DNA from: Leucoraja ocellata
Lineage: Eukaryota
Reading direction: 5' to 3'
Length of the DNA: 64,000 bases
NCBI GenBank assembly: GCA_036785375.1
Contig: JAWMAR010000165.1
Coordinates: 4,588,001 to 4,652,000 of the forward strand
Numbering within the stretch: the first letter of the stretch is position 1; every line of letters starts with the position of its first letter. A program made the position numbers and the translations under genes. The notes below the pieces were generated by a model. It was not told the origin of the DNA and made no database searches. It saw nothing but the letters and a program-made list of their open reading frames with translations. Shown piece after piece: positions 23,182 to 35,999 of this stretch.

Positions 23182-26049
23182 AGTTATTTTTCCCTTTACT
23201 CTTCAATAGGAATGGGATGTGGAGGATTCCTGGCAACAATCTCGTGTAATTTGTCTTCATCATCAGAAGGAGCTGATAGTTTGGGGTCCAAGAGAGATGC
23301 GTGATTGAGGCTGCAAGTGAACTCTGAACCTGACATCCTCAGACTGCAGCACCGTGCATGTTACAGACAGCTCCCAGCGCTCCTCCAACAACTGGTGAGA
23401 TAATCTCCCACAAACCTGCCCTGTCTTACACTCGGATCGCACTTGATAAATTAGTCCACATTTTTCAGGTTTTAAAGTTAAAAGATACTGCGGGGAGTTT
23501 AATGCGAATCAAAATTAGCTGAGCTAACGGCCATTGAATTAAGTATTATTTCGGGACCGTTTAGTCACATTTAAACATTTGAAAAGTAATTTACTGTGAT
23601 TAACATGGCAATGAAATGTGACGTTTGGGTAATTTCTAACAGCTGGTGGAACATGACTGCTCTTTCCCTTCAGGATCTCTTTGTTCCTTCGATTAGTTGT
23701 GATTCTTCTAAAACGGTGATAATACTTGCAGCCCCACACATCCATTTTGCTCAAGACTCCATCCAACACGGGATTCCAAGGATTCAGAGCTTGACTGCAG
23801 AGCCGAGGGCAGGATCTCTCGGAGAGATCTGTACAAAGGCAGGAGTTTAAGCGTGTGGAGGGTTGATAACGGCTGATTCATTTGTAGAGATACAGACGCT
23901 GCAGGCAAAAGCAAGAGAAAATGAAAAGACTATGCGCAGGACAGGCCATCGGCGTGAATTGCAATTAACTCCCATCACCTCAGAATCTGCATTGAAGAAC
24001 ATTCAGTGTGCAATGTAATATTTTTGTTCTCTACCATTTATCCAAACTGATTGGGTCCCAGTGTCAGGAATGACAGGAGAGGGGAGCTGTGAGGCGGGGA
24101 CTGGAGGGCGATAGGTGGGATGAAGTGAGGAATGGAGTTGGTGGACAGCTAACCTAGTATCTAATATGTGACAAAGCATAATGGTCATGGGCCCCACATA
24201 GATGAGATAAGAATGGTCAGTACTACTCCCACAATTGAAAATATCATGCGATAAGACATCGGAGCAGAATTAAGGCATTCGGCCCATCAAGTCTGCCTGC
24301 TATTCAATCATGGCTGATCTATTTTTCTCTCTTAACCACATTCTCCCTGTAACCTTTGACTCCCTTACTAATCTATTTTACTTCTGAGTCACGTGAGTGA
24401 CTACATGAAGATCCCGCCAGCATGCATGCGTGACATATCGTCTACGCGCATTGCACCAGCGACAGGCGAGGGAAGAGCGCTCCCACGGCAAAATTGAGAA
24501 ACGGACCTAGAAGGTAAGAAAATTTATGCTAAGGTCGTAATTCTTCCCCCTGCTGTGCTTTGTGTTGCAGCACTTTGGACAAGGGGAAGAAAACCGTTCG
24601 CGTTTCAATGGCTGCGGGGAACTGTGAAAGTTCCGACAGCCCGACAGCCCGACAGCCGGGGGCGACCAGTGGCACCTGGACCGCAGGCTGCAGTCCACAG
24701 TCACGTAAACTCAGCACAGCTGAGCCCTGCGCCGTGAGCTGTACACCCGGAAACAGCGCAGCGGGCTGGAGGCAAGCACAGCAAGAGTCGGTCCGGCCGA
24801 TAGACTCGGGGGAGTTCGGCCAAGAGGAAGCGCTGCCCAAGGGCATGGAAGTGACCGTCTGGAGCGGTTGTTGAGGTCCAATTCCCGACTTTAACTCTAC
24901 TAAGCCGAGTCCAGCACCGTGAGCTGTACAGCTCGAATCAGCACAGCGGGCTGGAGGCAAAGCCCAGCAGGAGTCGGCCCGGCCGATCATACTCATCTGA
25001 GTCTGGTCGGGAGGACGCGCTGCCCGAGTGCAGCAGAGGTGCCGCCTCTCCCGCGTCAGCGGTTGATGGAGCAAATGCTCCAACGTGACTTGCTCCGGGA
25101 GATGGAGCAAGCTCACTATGGGAGTCTTCGCACTCCCATAACAGCACCTTATCGAGGACTGTCAAACAATGCATCTCCTTCGACAGAGGGGAGAATTACG
25201 GGCCAGGACTGGGCTGGTCCTGAATAAGGGGACGTGGCTGAAGAAAACGGCAGTGTGCTGGGGGTGCAGGATCCTAAGGAACTACTGGGAGTGGTCACCA
25301 AATTTGCGGATCACCGGAATCAGGAGTACCATTGCAGACCAAGCTGGCGGCCAGCATCGACTACCTGTACTTCCATCCTCTGCAGCAACAGGTGGTTAAC
25401 GAAACTACGGAGAAGTATATGCCTCCTGTGAATTTTACTTCGTTAAAAGTGCCTGCAGTAAACAATGTGAACTGGGGATACAGTGGGACTGGCATAAGAA
25501 TCCAGGAGGTCAAACTACAGAAGATTCTAAAACTTCTGACAGCGGACATATCATTGGTTGCTCGTTCAGTCAATGGTACAGAGATGACGGACACTCAGCA
25601 GGACACTGGCATTGCTGTGCAATACCCAATATGAAATCAGTGGCTTGCGAGAGCCAGCACTGAACCCCAAATTTGCAAGGTTGTGCGAAACAGCTGCAAC
25701 ACAACCGCAGATACTGCTGTTTGGAGAGGAAACTTGTCTAAACAAGTAACAGAGCTCTACGAAGAGTTTAAAGCCATCAGGCTCATGAGGGTGTCATTAG
25801 CAACGGGCAGACCACACACCTCAGACGGCAGCACCCCAAGCATCCACCAGCAGGCATCAACACCAGTATGTTGGTGAAAGCATGAGGGTCGCGCAGAAGC
25901 TGAAGAAGGAGACGTACCACCGGCAACCAGGGAGGTAGGTGGATCTGGTTCCTTCCAGAACACAAAAGGTGTAGGACCTGTACTAACAGGGGGAACGTTA
26001 CATTTGTTTTGTGAGGCATGGTGGTTTATTACCACTGTGGAAACATTGT

Positions 26050-26518
26050 TACTGCCAAACAATTAGTTTCAGAGGGATACTTCATGGCATGCATTGATCT
26101 AAAAGATGCATACTATTCAGTACGCATACATAGGGATCATTGTCGATACCTAAAATTTAACTGGATGGGGCAACTATGGCAGTATATAGCGTTGCCTAAT
26201 GCGTTAAACTTCAGCCCCAAACCTGTTCATCAAGATATTAAAACTGGCCTTGGCAATACTTAGGAAACAAAACATATTGTCATGGCATATCTTGATGATA
26301 TATCAATTGTGGGGAAAACCCTGGAACTAGCTAAATCAGCAGTTTTAGCTACCAAACATTGGTTTGAAACTCTGGGGTCCATCATCCATTCAGATAAATC
26401 TAAGCTTACGCCATCCACAACTATGGACTTTCGGGGATTCACAATTAACATTATCCACATGTCTGTAACATTGCCAAAGAGTAAAGCAGCAGACTAGGTG
26501 GAAGCCTGCAACAAAATT
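26050..26518 (+). pseudogene. DIRS reverse transcriptase core (frameshifted)
   Basis: YFMACIDLKDAYYSV...QYIALP; MAYLDDISIVG...KSKLTPSTTMDF.GF. Confidence 0.88.
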
Positions 26519-29043
26519 AATAGTAAGATTAAACGAGAACTTACCAGTTTGAAGTTTGATCGTTATTTTATGATGAGTAACGTTGAGGGATTATGTGAAG
26601 CACCCTGCCAGGAAGCATGCGTGTCATTCTTCAAAGCAGCGGTGTGAAATCACAGATAACTGTAATGACTAAACATAGTAAGATTAGAGAAGAGATACCA
26701 GTTGAGTATAGTATATGATCAAAGGTGGGAGCGGAGGGCACGTAATCCCTCAACGTTACTCCTCATAAAATATCGATCAAACTTCAAATTGGTAAGTTCT
26801 CGTTTCATCTTACTATTTTACTTCGGAGTCACGTGATGACTACGTGAAGATTTTAAAGCTCTGTGATTTCATGCCGTGGAAACGAGTCCATGCATCACAT
26901 CTGCCTTGATGACTGTAGGAGGAATTGTGTCAACATAATTTAGACATGAATCCGACATTGAAATCCATGAATTGATTAACACGAATTATAGCCCCTATTT
27001 ATGGGGTAATTAAATTACAGAACTTAAATTGTTTCTGCAAATGTTCCAGCTTTAATGACTGGTTTATGATAAAATAGTTGGAGTGTTTTTTCCCCTGACC
27101 ATCCTGCTGCCTTGAGGATTCTGCATTGGTACATCCAACTGCATTGCTGCCGATGTAGCTGCAGCCCTGGTGGAATGAGATTTAAAATATTATTATCCAC
27201 CCTAGCCTGTGTTAGAACCTGTTTCAGCCATCTTGAGATGGTCTGGACCGACATTTTTTTGTGTGGTTGCTTAAGGGTGACTAAAAGTGCCTTCTCATTG
27301 CCTCTGATGATTTTCGTTTTCTCCATATATAACGACAAATGTTTTACTATACAGAGATGATCATCTGTTAGGTAAGACCTAAATTTGATATTGAGGCCCG
27401 CTGATCCCTGTCTGTTCTGTTTCACTAATTCATAAATATGAAACGTAATGTTTTCAGATGAAGAAGCCATGTTGTCCAGTCTTAATTTATGTAATGACTG
27501 TACCCTTTGTGCCGTGACCAATGCCATTAGCATGACTGTTTTTAATGTCAGTCTTTGTAGGGACAGAGCTGTTGCTGGAGACCAATTCCTGAGCATCTTC
27601 AGGACAATACTCACATCCCATATTTGGGAGTACCTGGTTCTTGGGGGATTGGTATTAAAATTCCCCTCATAAGTTTTGTTACCAGTGGGTGAGTTCCAAC
27701 AGAGTGACGCTTGCCATAGATAAGCCGATAAGGCACTTCAGGCGCAGTTGATGGCACTATAACTGTGGCCCTCATCATAATGGAGGCCTGCCAGGTATTC
27801 CAGAACAGACGGGATGTTCATATCTCTGTAGGTGATGCTGTTTTTGTGACAATACATCTCCCACTTCCTGATATTGACCAGATACTGTTTTTTTGGTGGA
27901 CTGTCTTTGGGCCGCCGAAATCATATTCAATGTTCGGTCCGTCAGTCCCTGCTGTAGTAGAGGTATTTTTAGACTCTACGAATTAATAAATTCAAATAGT
28001 TATGACATGGGTGGCTATCCCTTGTTACGGGATCAACCAACAAGTCTGGTCTATTCGGGATGGTGATGCATGGTTCTAATACCATGTTCATTATCACTGG
28101 GAACCATGGTTGAGTAGGTCAATCGGGTACTACCAAAATACCAGACGCAGAGTCCTGCTGTATTTTCCTTAATACCCGACTGATGAGGCAGAAAGCACTG
28201 TGCAGCCCTACAAGATGTGCTGCTGTGGGTTTTATATAGAGCCCACAGTGACTCGACTCCATCTCCCGGAGCCTGTCACGTTGGAGCAAATGCTCCACAC
28301 ACAGCTCCATCCGGCTCCAGCGCTCACAGTCGCTGGCCGCCCGCGGCTGCTCAAAGTCGGACTCCTCTGAGTCCATGACTTTGATAGTTTTTTGTCTTGC
28401 CTTCCTGCCCGGCCGCGTAGTGGATCTGGCCGGTGCGGAGGCGACATCGGACACAGCTGATCCCATTATAGGTGATTCAAGTGCCGCTGGCTGCTGTTAG
28501 CCCACCAGCTTTGTCGCAGCCTGTTGGTTTCTGCACCTGTAATCAGCATGGGAAAACACAAAAAGATCGCAGCTCTTACCTGCAGGTCTTGGTTTAAATT
28601 GTCGTTACGGGGGAACGTCGTTCCACCCCGCCTCCTGCCGTTTTCGACTTGTCAAAAGTTGGCGGCCCCATCTGAATAGTCTCCCGCCCGGCCATGGTGT
28701 TCTGGCCAGCGCGGGACCAAAAGTCGGCACAGCTGATCCCACTTACGGGGCTTGTGCCTTCAGCTGCTGCTGGCTCCCGCAACTTCGCGGTCCTCCCCAG
28801 CCAGCTTCACTCGCAGCACTTGTGGACACTATTTTGTCCAGCTTCCCCCCCTGTGTAAAAAACAGTGCGGGGACAAAAACTACCGCAAAGTAAATCACTT
28901 ACCTGCAGGTCGCGGTTTCAAACTTACCGCTGCGGGGGAACGCTCCACCCCGCCTGTCATTTCGCAAGCGTGAAAGCGATATGACACGCATGCATCCTGG
29001 TGGGGTTCTTCATGTAGTCACTCACGTGACTCCGAAGTAAAAT
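26519..29043 (-). mobile_element. DIRS1-type copy C, 2.5-kb internal-deletion derivative with both termini, nested antisense in the RT of copy B
   Basis: Left terminus at 29043-28980, ICR 26739-26850, right terminus 26519-26630; YR ORF 27024-27614; gag-MT junction at ~28197. Confidence 0.93.
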
Positions 29044-30554
29044 TGTTACAAAATAAACCATCTATTCGACAGGTGGCAAGAGTAATTGGGAAACTAGTAG
29101 CAGCATTTCCAGCTACTCAGTTTGGACCTTGCATTATTAAAGCTCAAAAAGGGCAAAAATGCAAGCGCTAAAACACCTTGCAGGTCATTTTGATCGACCT
29201 ATGCAGTTACCAGCCAAAGCAATTTCGGAGTTACAATGGTGGAAGTGAAATATTTGGCATAGTTCCAGCCCCATCATTATTAGTAACCATCATTCACATT
29301 ACAATCGGAGGTCAGCGCTCATGGCTGGGGAGCTACTAACACTATATCCAGAACTGGTGGTAGATTGAACATTAGGACTCATCATTACTAAAAACACTGG
29401 GTATAAATTATTTAGAGATGTTGGGTGCGTTTCATGGGCTAAAAGCCTACTGTTCACAATGCACCCTCTGCATGTCCGCCTCCAAATTGATAATACCACA
29501 ATGGTGGCATATATTAATCATATGGGTGGAATAAAATCGATATCATGTGTCAATCTGGCCAATACAATCTGGAAATGGTGTGTTAACATACACATTTGGC
29601 TATCAGCAACTTACCTACCAGGTAAGCTCCATACAGTGGCAGACACCAGGTCATGAAAATTTAATGACAGCACCGAATGGCTGTTGGACCACAAAAATAT
29701 TTGCTGATATTACTATATGATATGGACACCAGATATCAATCTATTTGCATCTAGACTCAATCACCAGTTACCAACATATGTCGCTTGGGAACCAGACCTG
29801 GGGTAGCAGCAATGGACGTTTCTCGCTGAATTGGGGAAAATTGTTTACTATGCTTTTTCCCCCTCCTGCCTCATCAGTCGGGTCCTATGTAAAATACATA
29901 TGGTCTCAGCATCAGGTGTCTTGGAAGTACCTGATTGGCCTACACAGCCATAGGTCCCTGTGGTCCTTGACATAGTCTCTGAACCATAAGTCCATCATGC
30001 TAGATCTGGGCTGATGGACAGGACCATGAACATGATCACGGCGGCCTATCAAGATTAGCAGTACCTCTCCAGCACAGGAATATGGGAGTCGTATTGCTCA
30101 AGGACTGGGGTAGTGTATAATACAGCTACAATCACCAACGTCATGGAAATTCCTGTCCAGCCTACATATAGATGAAGGACTGAGCTGCAGCACTATAATT
30201 GCGTTAGGAGTGCCCTGTCAGCTTACTGGTGGCAGGCACCACGACAACTCTCCATGGGATCTCACCCTCTAGTTGCCAAACTTATGAGGGTTATTTACAA
30301 CACTAACCCTCCTAGAGCAAGGTACTCTCAGATCTGGGACGTCAGTGTTGTACTAACATTGCTAAGGGGTTGGTCACCAGCAATGTCCCTGTCCCTTGAA
30401 AAGCTCACATTAAAAACAGTATGTTGATGGCACTGGTCTCAGCTCAAAGGGTCCAGTCTCTACATAAACTGAGACTGGACAATATGATGGTATCTCCAGA
30501 AAAGATAACTTTCGCATCTTGGAACTGGTTAAACAAGATAGACCAGGAACCTCG

Positions 30555-30712
30555 GTGACTGCCAATCACCACCCCCCCTCCCCGGACACTTATTATTATT
30601 TATTCAAATCGTTTGCTATGTCGCTCTTCAAGGGAGATGCTAAATGCATTTCGTTGTCTCTGTAAAGTACACTGACAATGACAATTAAAATTGAATCTGA
30701 ATCTGAACATCT
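30555..30712 (+). mobile_element. Short Rex1-like LINE/SINE 3' tail inserted in the YR of DIRS copy B
   Basis: tttcgttgtctctgt..acactgacaatgacaattaaaattgaatctgaatctgaa interrupts the YR between KQDRPGT and NLEFQAYP. Confidence 0.7.
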
Positions 30713-33700
30713 GAATGAATTTGGAATTCCAGGCATACCCATCTGACACCCGACTGTGTGTAATGACACACCTTCTACTATACCTTAAGACTACTAAAAC
30801 TTTAAGAGGGAGTAAATTGGCACTATGGGTCAGCTATAAACAGCCTAATGGCCGGGTATCAGCACAGACCATCTCTAGATGGCTCAGACAGGTTTTGGGA
30901 GCTGCTGGGGTGGATACTGACATTTTAAATCTCATTCCACAACGGCAGCAGCAACATCGGCAGCTAGAGACATGGAAGTGCCTATGGACCATATCCTGGC
31001 AACAACAGGATGGTCTAGAGAGAAGACCTTCCAATTATTTTATAATAAGCCAATAACCAAACCTGCGGTGTTGCAGAATCTAGTTTGAATACTGTAGTAT
31101 AATTAGCCCAAGGGAGCATTATTTTGTTAAAATAAATAGTTATTGTTTGAATTTGATTAATGTCTGAATACGATAACATACTTCCTCCCTTGGATGACTT
31201 CGGCAGTGAGTGAAGCATGGATTTGTTCCACGGCATGAAATCACAGATCTTTAAAATCTTCACGTAGTCACTCACGTGACTTCGAAGTAAAATAAACGAG
31301 AACTTACCAGTTTGAAGTTTGATCTTTATTTTATGAGGAGTTACGTCGAGGGATTACATGCCCTCCACAGCCACCCTCTTATAAAGGTCAACTGGTATCC
31401 TAGTTCTTCTTATCTTACTATGTTTATTTCAACTACTATTACAGTGATTCCACACCGCTGCTTTGAAGAATGTCGCGCATGAGTGCTGGCGGGGTCTTCA
31501 CGTAATCCCTCGACGTAACTCCTCATAAAATAAAGATCAAACTTCAAACTGGTAAGTTCTCGTTTAATCTTACTATTAATCTTCATAGTATAAAATTACC
31601 CAATGACTTGGCCTCCACAGTCATCTGTGACAATGAATTCCACAGATTCACCACCCTCTGGCAAAGGAAATTCCTCCTTATCTCCATTCTAAAGGTACGT
31701 CATTTTATGCTGAGGCTGTTCCCTCTGGTCCAAGACTCTCCCACTCCTAGAAACATCCACTCTATCCAGGCCAATTAAGTGACTGCCTGTGTATGCAGCA
31801 AATTTACATCCAGTAATATTTGAGGCGATTACTGCTTTCATGGACAGGTCCTTGATGGTCACAGGCAACATGGGAGAGAAAGAGGAGGAAAATGTCAATG
31901 TTTTTCAGACACTGTGCTGGAGGTTCTGGTAGGAGAATTGAGAAATGATCCAACAAGCTGTGGACACAGCAGATCCTGCCCATCTGTGTACAGAACTCTA
32001 ATGCAATGCAGGGATTTGTTAACTGGCCAGGTTTGCTGTGGTCAATCTGCTGATGTACTGTAGATCACTGTTGCACTGATGGATGACTGAGATCATGGCC
32101 TTGAACTCTTCTTGGCCTGGATTTAGTTTAGAGATACCATGTGGAAACAGGCCCTTTAGCCCACCAAGTACCCGCCAACCAGCGATCCCTTTACACTAAC
32201 ACTAGGGACAAATATCAACTTCCAAGATTTCTTGCCGGGTGGAAAATATACGTCCCAGTTTGAGGCAAGAGAGAGAAAATGGGAAATGTGGATTAGTTAG
32301 AGGGACATCTGTCACTGGGAAATGTTAGCACCCATTACAATGAATGTGGTAACAAGGCATTAGGAAGATTGCTGGTGGACTGGGTAAGTCAACAGCGATT
32401 CAAGAGTCAAGGGTGTTTAATTGTTACATGCACCTGGAACAGAACTACAAAACCTATGTACCACAGTTTTACAGGCACATTTGTAAAGGAAAGTCTTGTT
32501 CAACATTGATGTTTTTTGAGGGTGTGACAAGCAGGATAGGTAGCATGAACCAGATGATGTGGCATACTTTGACTTTTGGAAGGATCTTTGATAAGGTGCC
32601 ACACAAGAGATAATTAGACAAACTAGAGGTATCATCTACAGTTTGGGAGCAGGGAGCAGTGCAGGGACACCATTTATTCCTGATCTTGATCAGGGATTGG
32701 GATGATGGGTCAAGTGTGATATATCCAACTTTGCCGATAATATTAAGCTGGGTGCTAGGAAATTACGGAGAGTCTATAGAATGGAGTGAGATATGGATAG
32801 ACTGAGGGAATGGGTAAGGACATGTCCAAAGGAATGTATCGTGGAACAATCTGTGGTCGTCTACTTTAGTAGAAGTAAATAACGTGAGTATTATTGACCA
32901 ATGAGGCTGAAATGCTGCCGGTGTTCTCAGGGACTCAACAATTATAGTGCATGTTCAGCAAGGAACTGGAGAGGTGAGAAGAATCGAATATAAAAGTATC
33001 CAGCTATGTGGAGATGCGTTAGTTAGCACTCCGGGGAAATGTTTAGCTGTAAATGGAGCAGGAAATGTGGGCGAATTGTTATAGAGCTGGACTAAGAGGC
33101 ATGCTGTGAGCTTTGGTACTTGGTAATTTTGTCATTCTTGCTCTAAAGTGAAACGACAGGTGATAAAGTACTTCAGGGAGGCAGTTTGAGAAACGGCGCT
33201 TAACTTTGGAATGAAGTATGCAATACAACTTTAATGGCAAAACAACCAAATGGTATGCCCCGGAGGTGTGCCCGAGAGAACGCGTGGTTCTGACCTCATT
33301 CTACACCAGGGGCTGATGCTGGATCATGTGTTGTCGTGCTCATTAAAATGTTTCACCTTCCCAATTCTCTGGCCTGTCAGTATCAACACAATTATGCCCA
33401 AAGTGATTAATGTGCGTTTCATTGAGCCCATTACATCACCATGAATCAAAAGGTTCTGCCTCATTTGGTGCCGCCTTGCTTATCGATGGACAGGAACATG
33501 CGTTGTTCAGTTGTCTTCTGCACAGCTGTGCCTTAATGTACCACATGTATCATTAGAGAGCAAGGGAGAGAGTGAATGCTAAATAGGTCAGGGTGATTGC
33601 TTCCACTACAGAAAACAGATTGTGCATTTGTGTAGCAACAAGTCAATGTGTGCATTTTAAGACATTGTGAATGAATCTGGTCACGTAACATGTTTCAGTT

Positions 33701-33814
33701 CAGTGCCGTGTGATTGAACCTGCACCGTTCCTACAGTGAAAGCAAATAACCATCTTCTCCACACCAATTTGGCTCACTCTGGAAACTTCACCAGACTTTC
33801 TCACTGCGGGTGAT

Positions 33815-34145
33815 GTCATAAGACATAGGAGCAGAATTAGTCCATTCAGCCCATCAAGTCTGCTCCACCATTCGATCATAGCCGATCTATTTTTCCCTCT
33901 CAACCCCATTCTTCTCCTTCTCCCCATAACCTTTAACACCCTTACTAATGAAGGAGTTACCAATCTCTGCTTTAAAAATACCCAAAGTCGGTTTCCACAG
34001 CCATCTGTGGCAATGAATTTCACAGATTCATTGACTCGTCATTCTAAAGGTACTTCCTTTTATACTGAGGCTGTGCCCACTTGACCTAGACTCTCCCACC
34101 AGTGAAAACATCCACTCCAACAAGGGTTTTCATTATTCAGTAGGT
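33815..34145 (-). mobile_element. CR1 3' fragment
   Basis: cataagacataggagcagaattag.ccattcagccc.. CR1 3' UTR. Confidence 0.8.
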
Positions 34146-34851
34146 TAGACTATTGGAGGGGACTTCAACCGCAGGTTACTGCAACTTGCATCTTGTCTGC
34201 GTTTCTCGATATTTTACGATGTTTCTGATGCGATACAGAGGTGTAACAGAGAGAGAGAGTTGCGGTACTGGCATGTCCCAGTGAGGAAGATAAACAAGGA
34301 TATACCGAGTTTCAAGAACTATGGATGACGAGAGATGTTGTAAATTTAGTCCAAAAGGAAAAGGACTTATATGTAAGTTGTCGGAAGTTGAAATCAGACG
34401 GGGTTCTTTCACAATATAAAAGCAGGAGTGAAAATAAACTGAATCAGGAGGGATGTTTTTGGTGAGCTGAATGAAAGAGATGTTCATAAATACATTAACA
34501 ACAGTAGAGTCGCTCAGGAGAGGGTAAACCACTGCAGGCTGGAAGAGGGAATGTATATCCTGAACCAGAGGTACGTTGCAAGGGGACATGGAGTATAATG
34601 AGATCAGGAAGCGGTATGTTGATATTCTGGGGCATGTTGGGTTCAAGAAGGAGGACGTGTTAAGTTTCTTGAAAAAAGTTAAGGAGTATAAACCCACCAG
34701 GGCTGTATTGGATCGGTCTTTAAATAATCTAGAGGATATTGCTGGGGACTTGACAGAGATCTTTGACTTGAAGGCGAGGTCCATAGCTGGTGTTGTTCCT
34801 CTGTTTAAGAAGGGTAATGGCAACAACCAGGATATTATAGGCTGGGGAGCA

Positions 34852-35180
34852 TTACAATGGCGCACAGTAGGGCAGCTGGTAGAGCCGCTGCCAAACTGCA
34901 CCAGAGACTCTGGTTCAATCGGGTGCCCTCTGTGTGGAGTTTGCATGTTCTTCCTGTGACTTTGTGAGTGACCTCTGTGTGCTCCAATTTGTTTTCCCAC
35001 ATCCCCAAGACTTACGAGTTTGTAGGTTAATTGGCCGCTGTAAAATTCTCTGCGTGTGTATGGAATGCATGAGAATGTGGGATAACATAAAACACGTGTG
35101 AACAGTTGATCGATGATCGGCGTGGACATGGTGGACTGCAAGGCCTGCTTCCGTGCTGCATCTCTAAAACCAAATTAAAA
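34852..35180 (+). mobile_element. tRNA-derived SINE (HE1/V-SINE-like) within degenerate CR1 ORF2 (~34300-35360)
   Basis: ggcgcacag..ggtagagccgctgcc..ggttcaatc..gtgtggagtttgcatgttct..ggcctgcttccgtgctgcatctctaaa. Confidence 0.8.
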
Positions 35181-35999
35181 GTGTAAATTATGGGTGAAGT
35201 TCATTCTGTATAGGATTTAATCATATATGGAACAATGTGGACATTTTTTATCGGGGATAGTCAGCATGGCTTTGTGCACGACAGGTTATGTTGTTACAAA
35301 CTGATTGAGTCTTTTGAGGATGTCATGAAGATAATTGATGAGGGTGGGGAGGTTGATGTAGTGTCTCCTGCAAACTTACCAACCAACACACCTACCCCTT
35401 GTAATAGACATTACACAATAGACAATAGGTGCAGGAGTAGGCCATTTGGCCCTCCGTGCAAGGACCACCATTCAATGTGATCATGGCTGATCATCCCCAA
35501 TCAGTGCCCCGTTCCTGCCTTTTCCCCATATCCCCTGACTCCGCTATCTTTAATAGCCCTATCCAGCTCTCTCTTGAAAGCATCCAGAGAACCTGCCTCC
35601 ACCGCTCTCTGAGGCAGAGAATGAAACTGCCTTCTATTCAAGACTCCTCAACCAAGTGAATAACCCTCACTGCCACCAGCTTGCTGTGTTTTGTAAGTTT
35701 GGTTTTAATGAAACCTCGTATTCTTTTAAACTCTGGAAAATGTAATCTTCCTGTACAGTAAATTCACCAGCCCTCAGAACGGCCCAGTTAATATTCACTG
35801 CACTCCCTCGACAACAAGAATATCCTTTCTTGTGTAGAGAGACTAAAACCTGACACAATAGTTCAAGGTGTGCTCTCACCAAGGTCTCATAAACTCAGCA
35901 CAAATATTCCTGGCTTCAAATGTCTTTGCAATAAAGACTCAAACTTGTCAAGAGAATCCGATGAAATAGGGTTCTCACCCATCCAGTTGGCACAACGGA

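Larger units (their letters stand above)
24375..31577 (+). mobile_element. DIRS1-type retrotransposon copy B (both termini present; contains copy C and a small LINE tail)
   Basis: Left end ATTttacttctgagtcacgtgagtgactac; gag-like region ~24600-25950; RT CIDLKDAYY, MAYLDD; RH, MT and YR remnants at 29044-31050; ICR ~31257-31360; right end ..gtttaatcttactATT. Confidence 0.93.
24250..31770 (-). mobile_element. CR1 3' fragment split by DIRS copy B (pieces 24250-24374 and 31578-31770)
   Basis: cccttactaatct | aatcttc..acccaatgacttggcctccacag joins into a sequence like the intact copy at 33815-34145. Confidence 0.75.

Noticed and set aside
23660-23930. Possible host exon (polypyrimidine tract plus AG on both strands)
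   Set aside because: All frames hit stops without a convincing donor or recognisable protein; a non-coding exon cannot be excluded
24529-25116. 195-aa minus-strand ORF
   Set aside because: Antisense to the GC-rich, internally repeated DIRS gag region
34176-35141. 321-aa minus-strand ORF
   Set aside because: Antisense to degenerate CR1 ORF2 and a SINE; no recognisable domain
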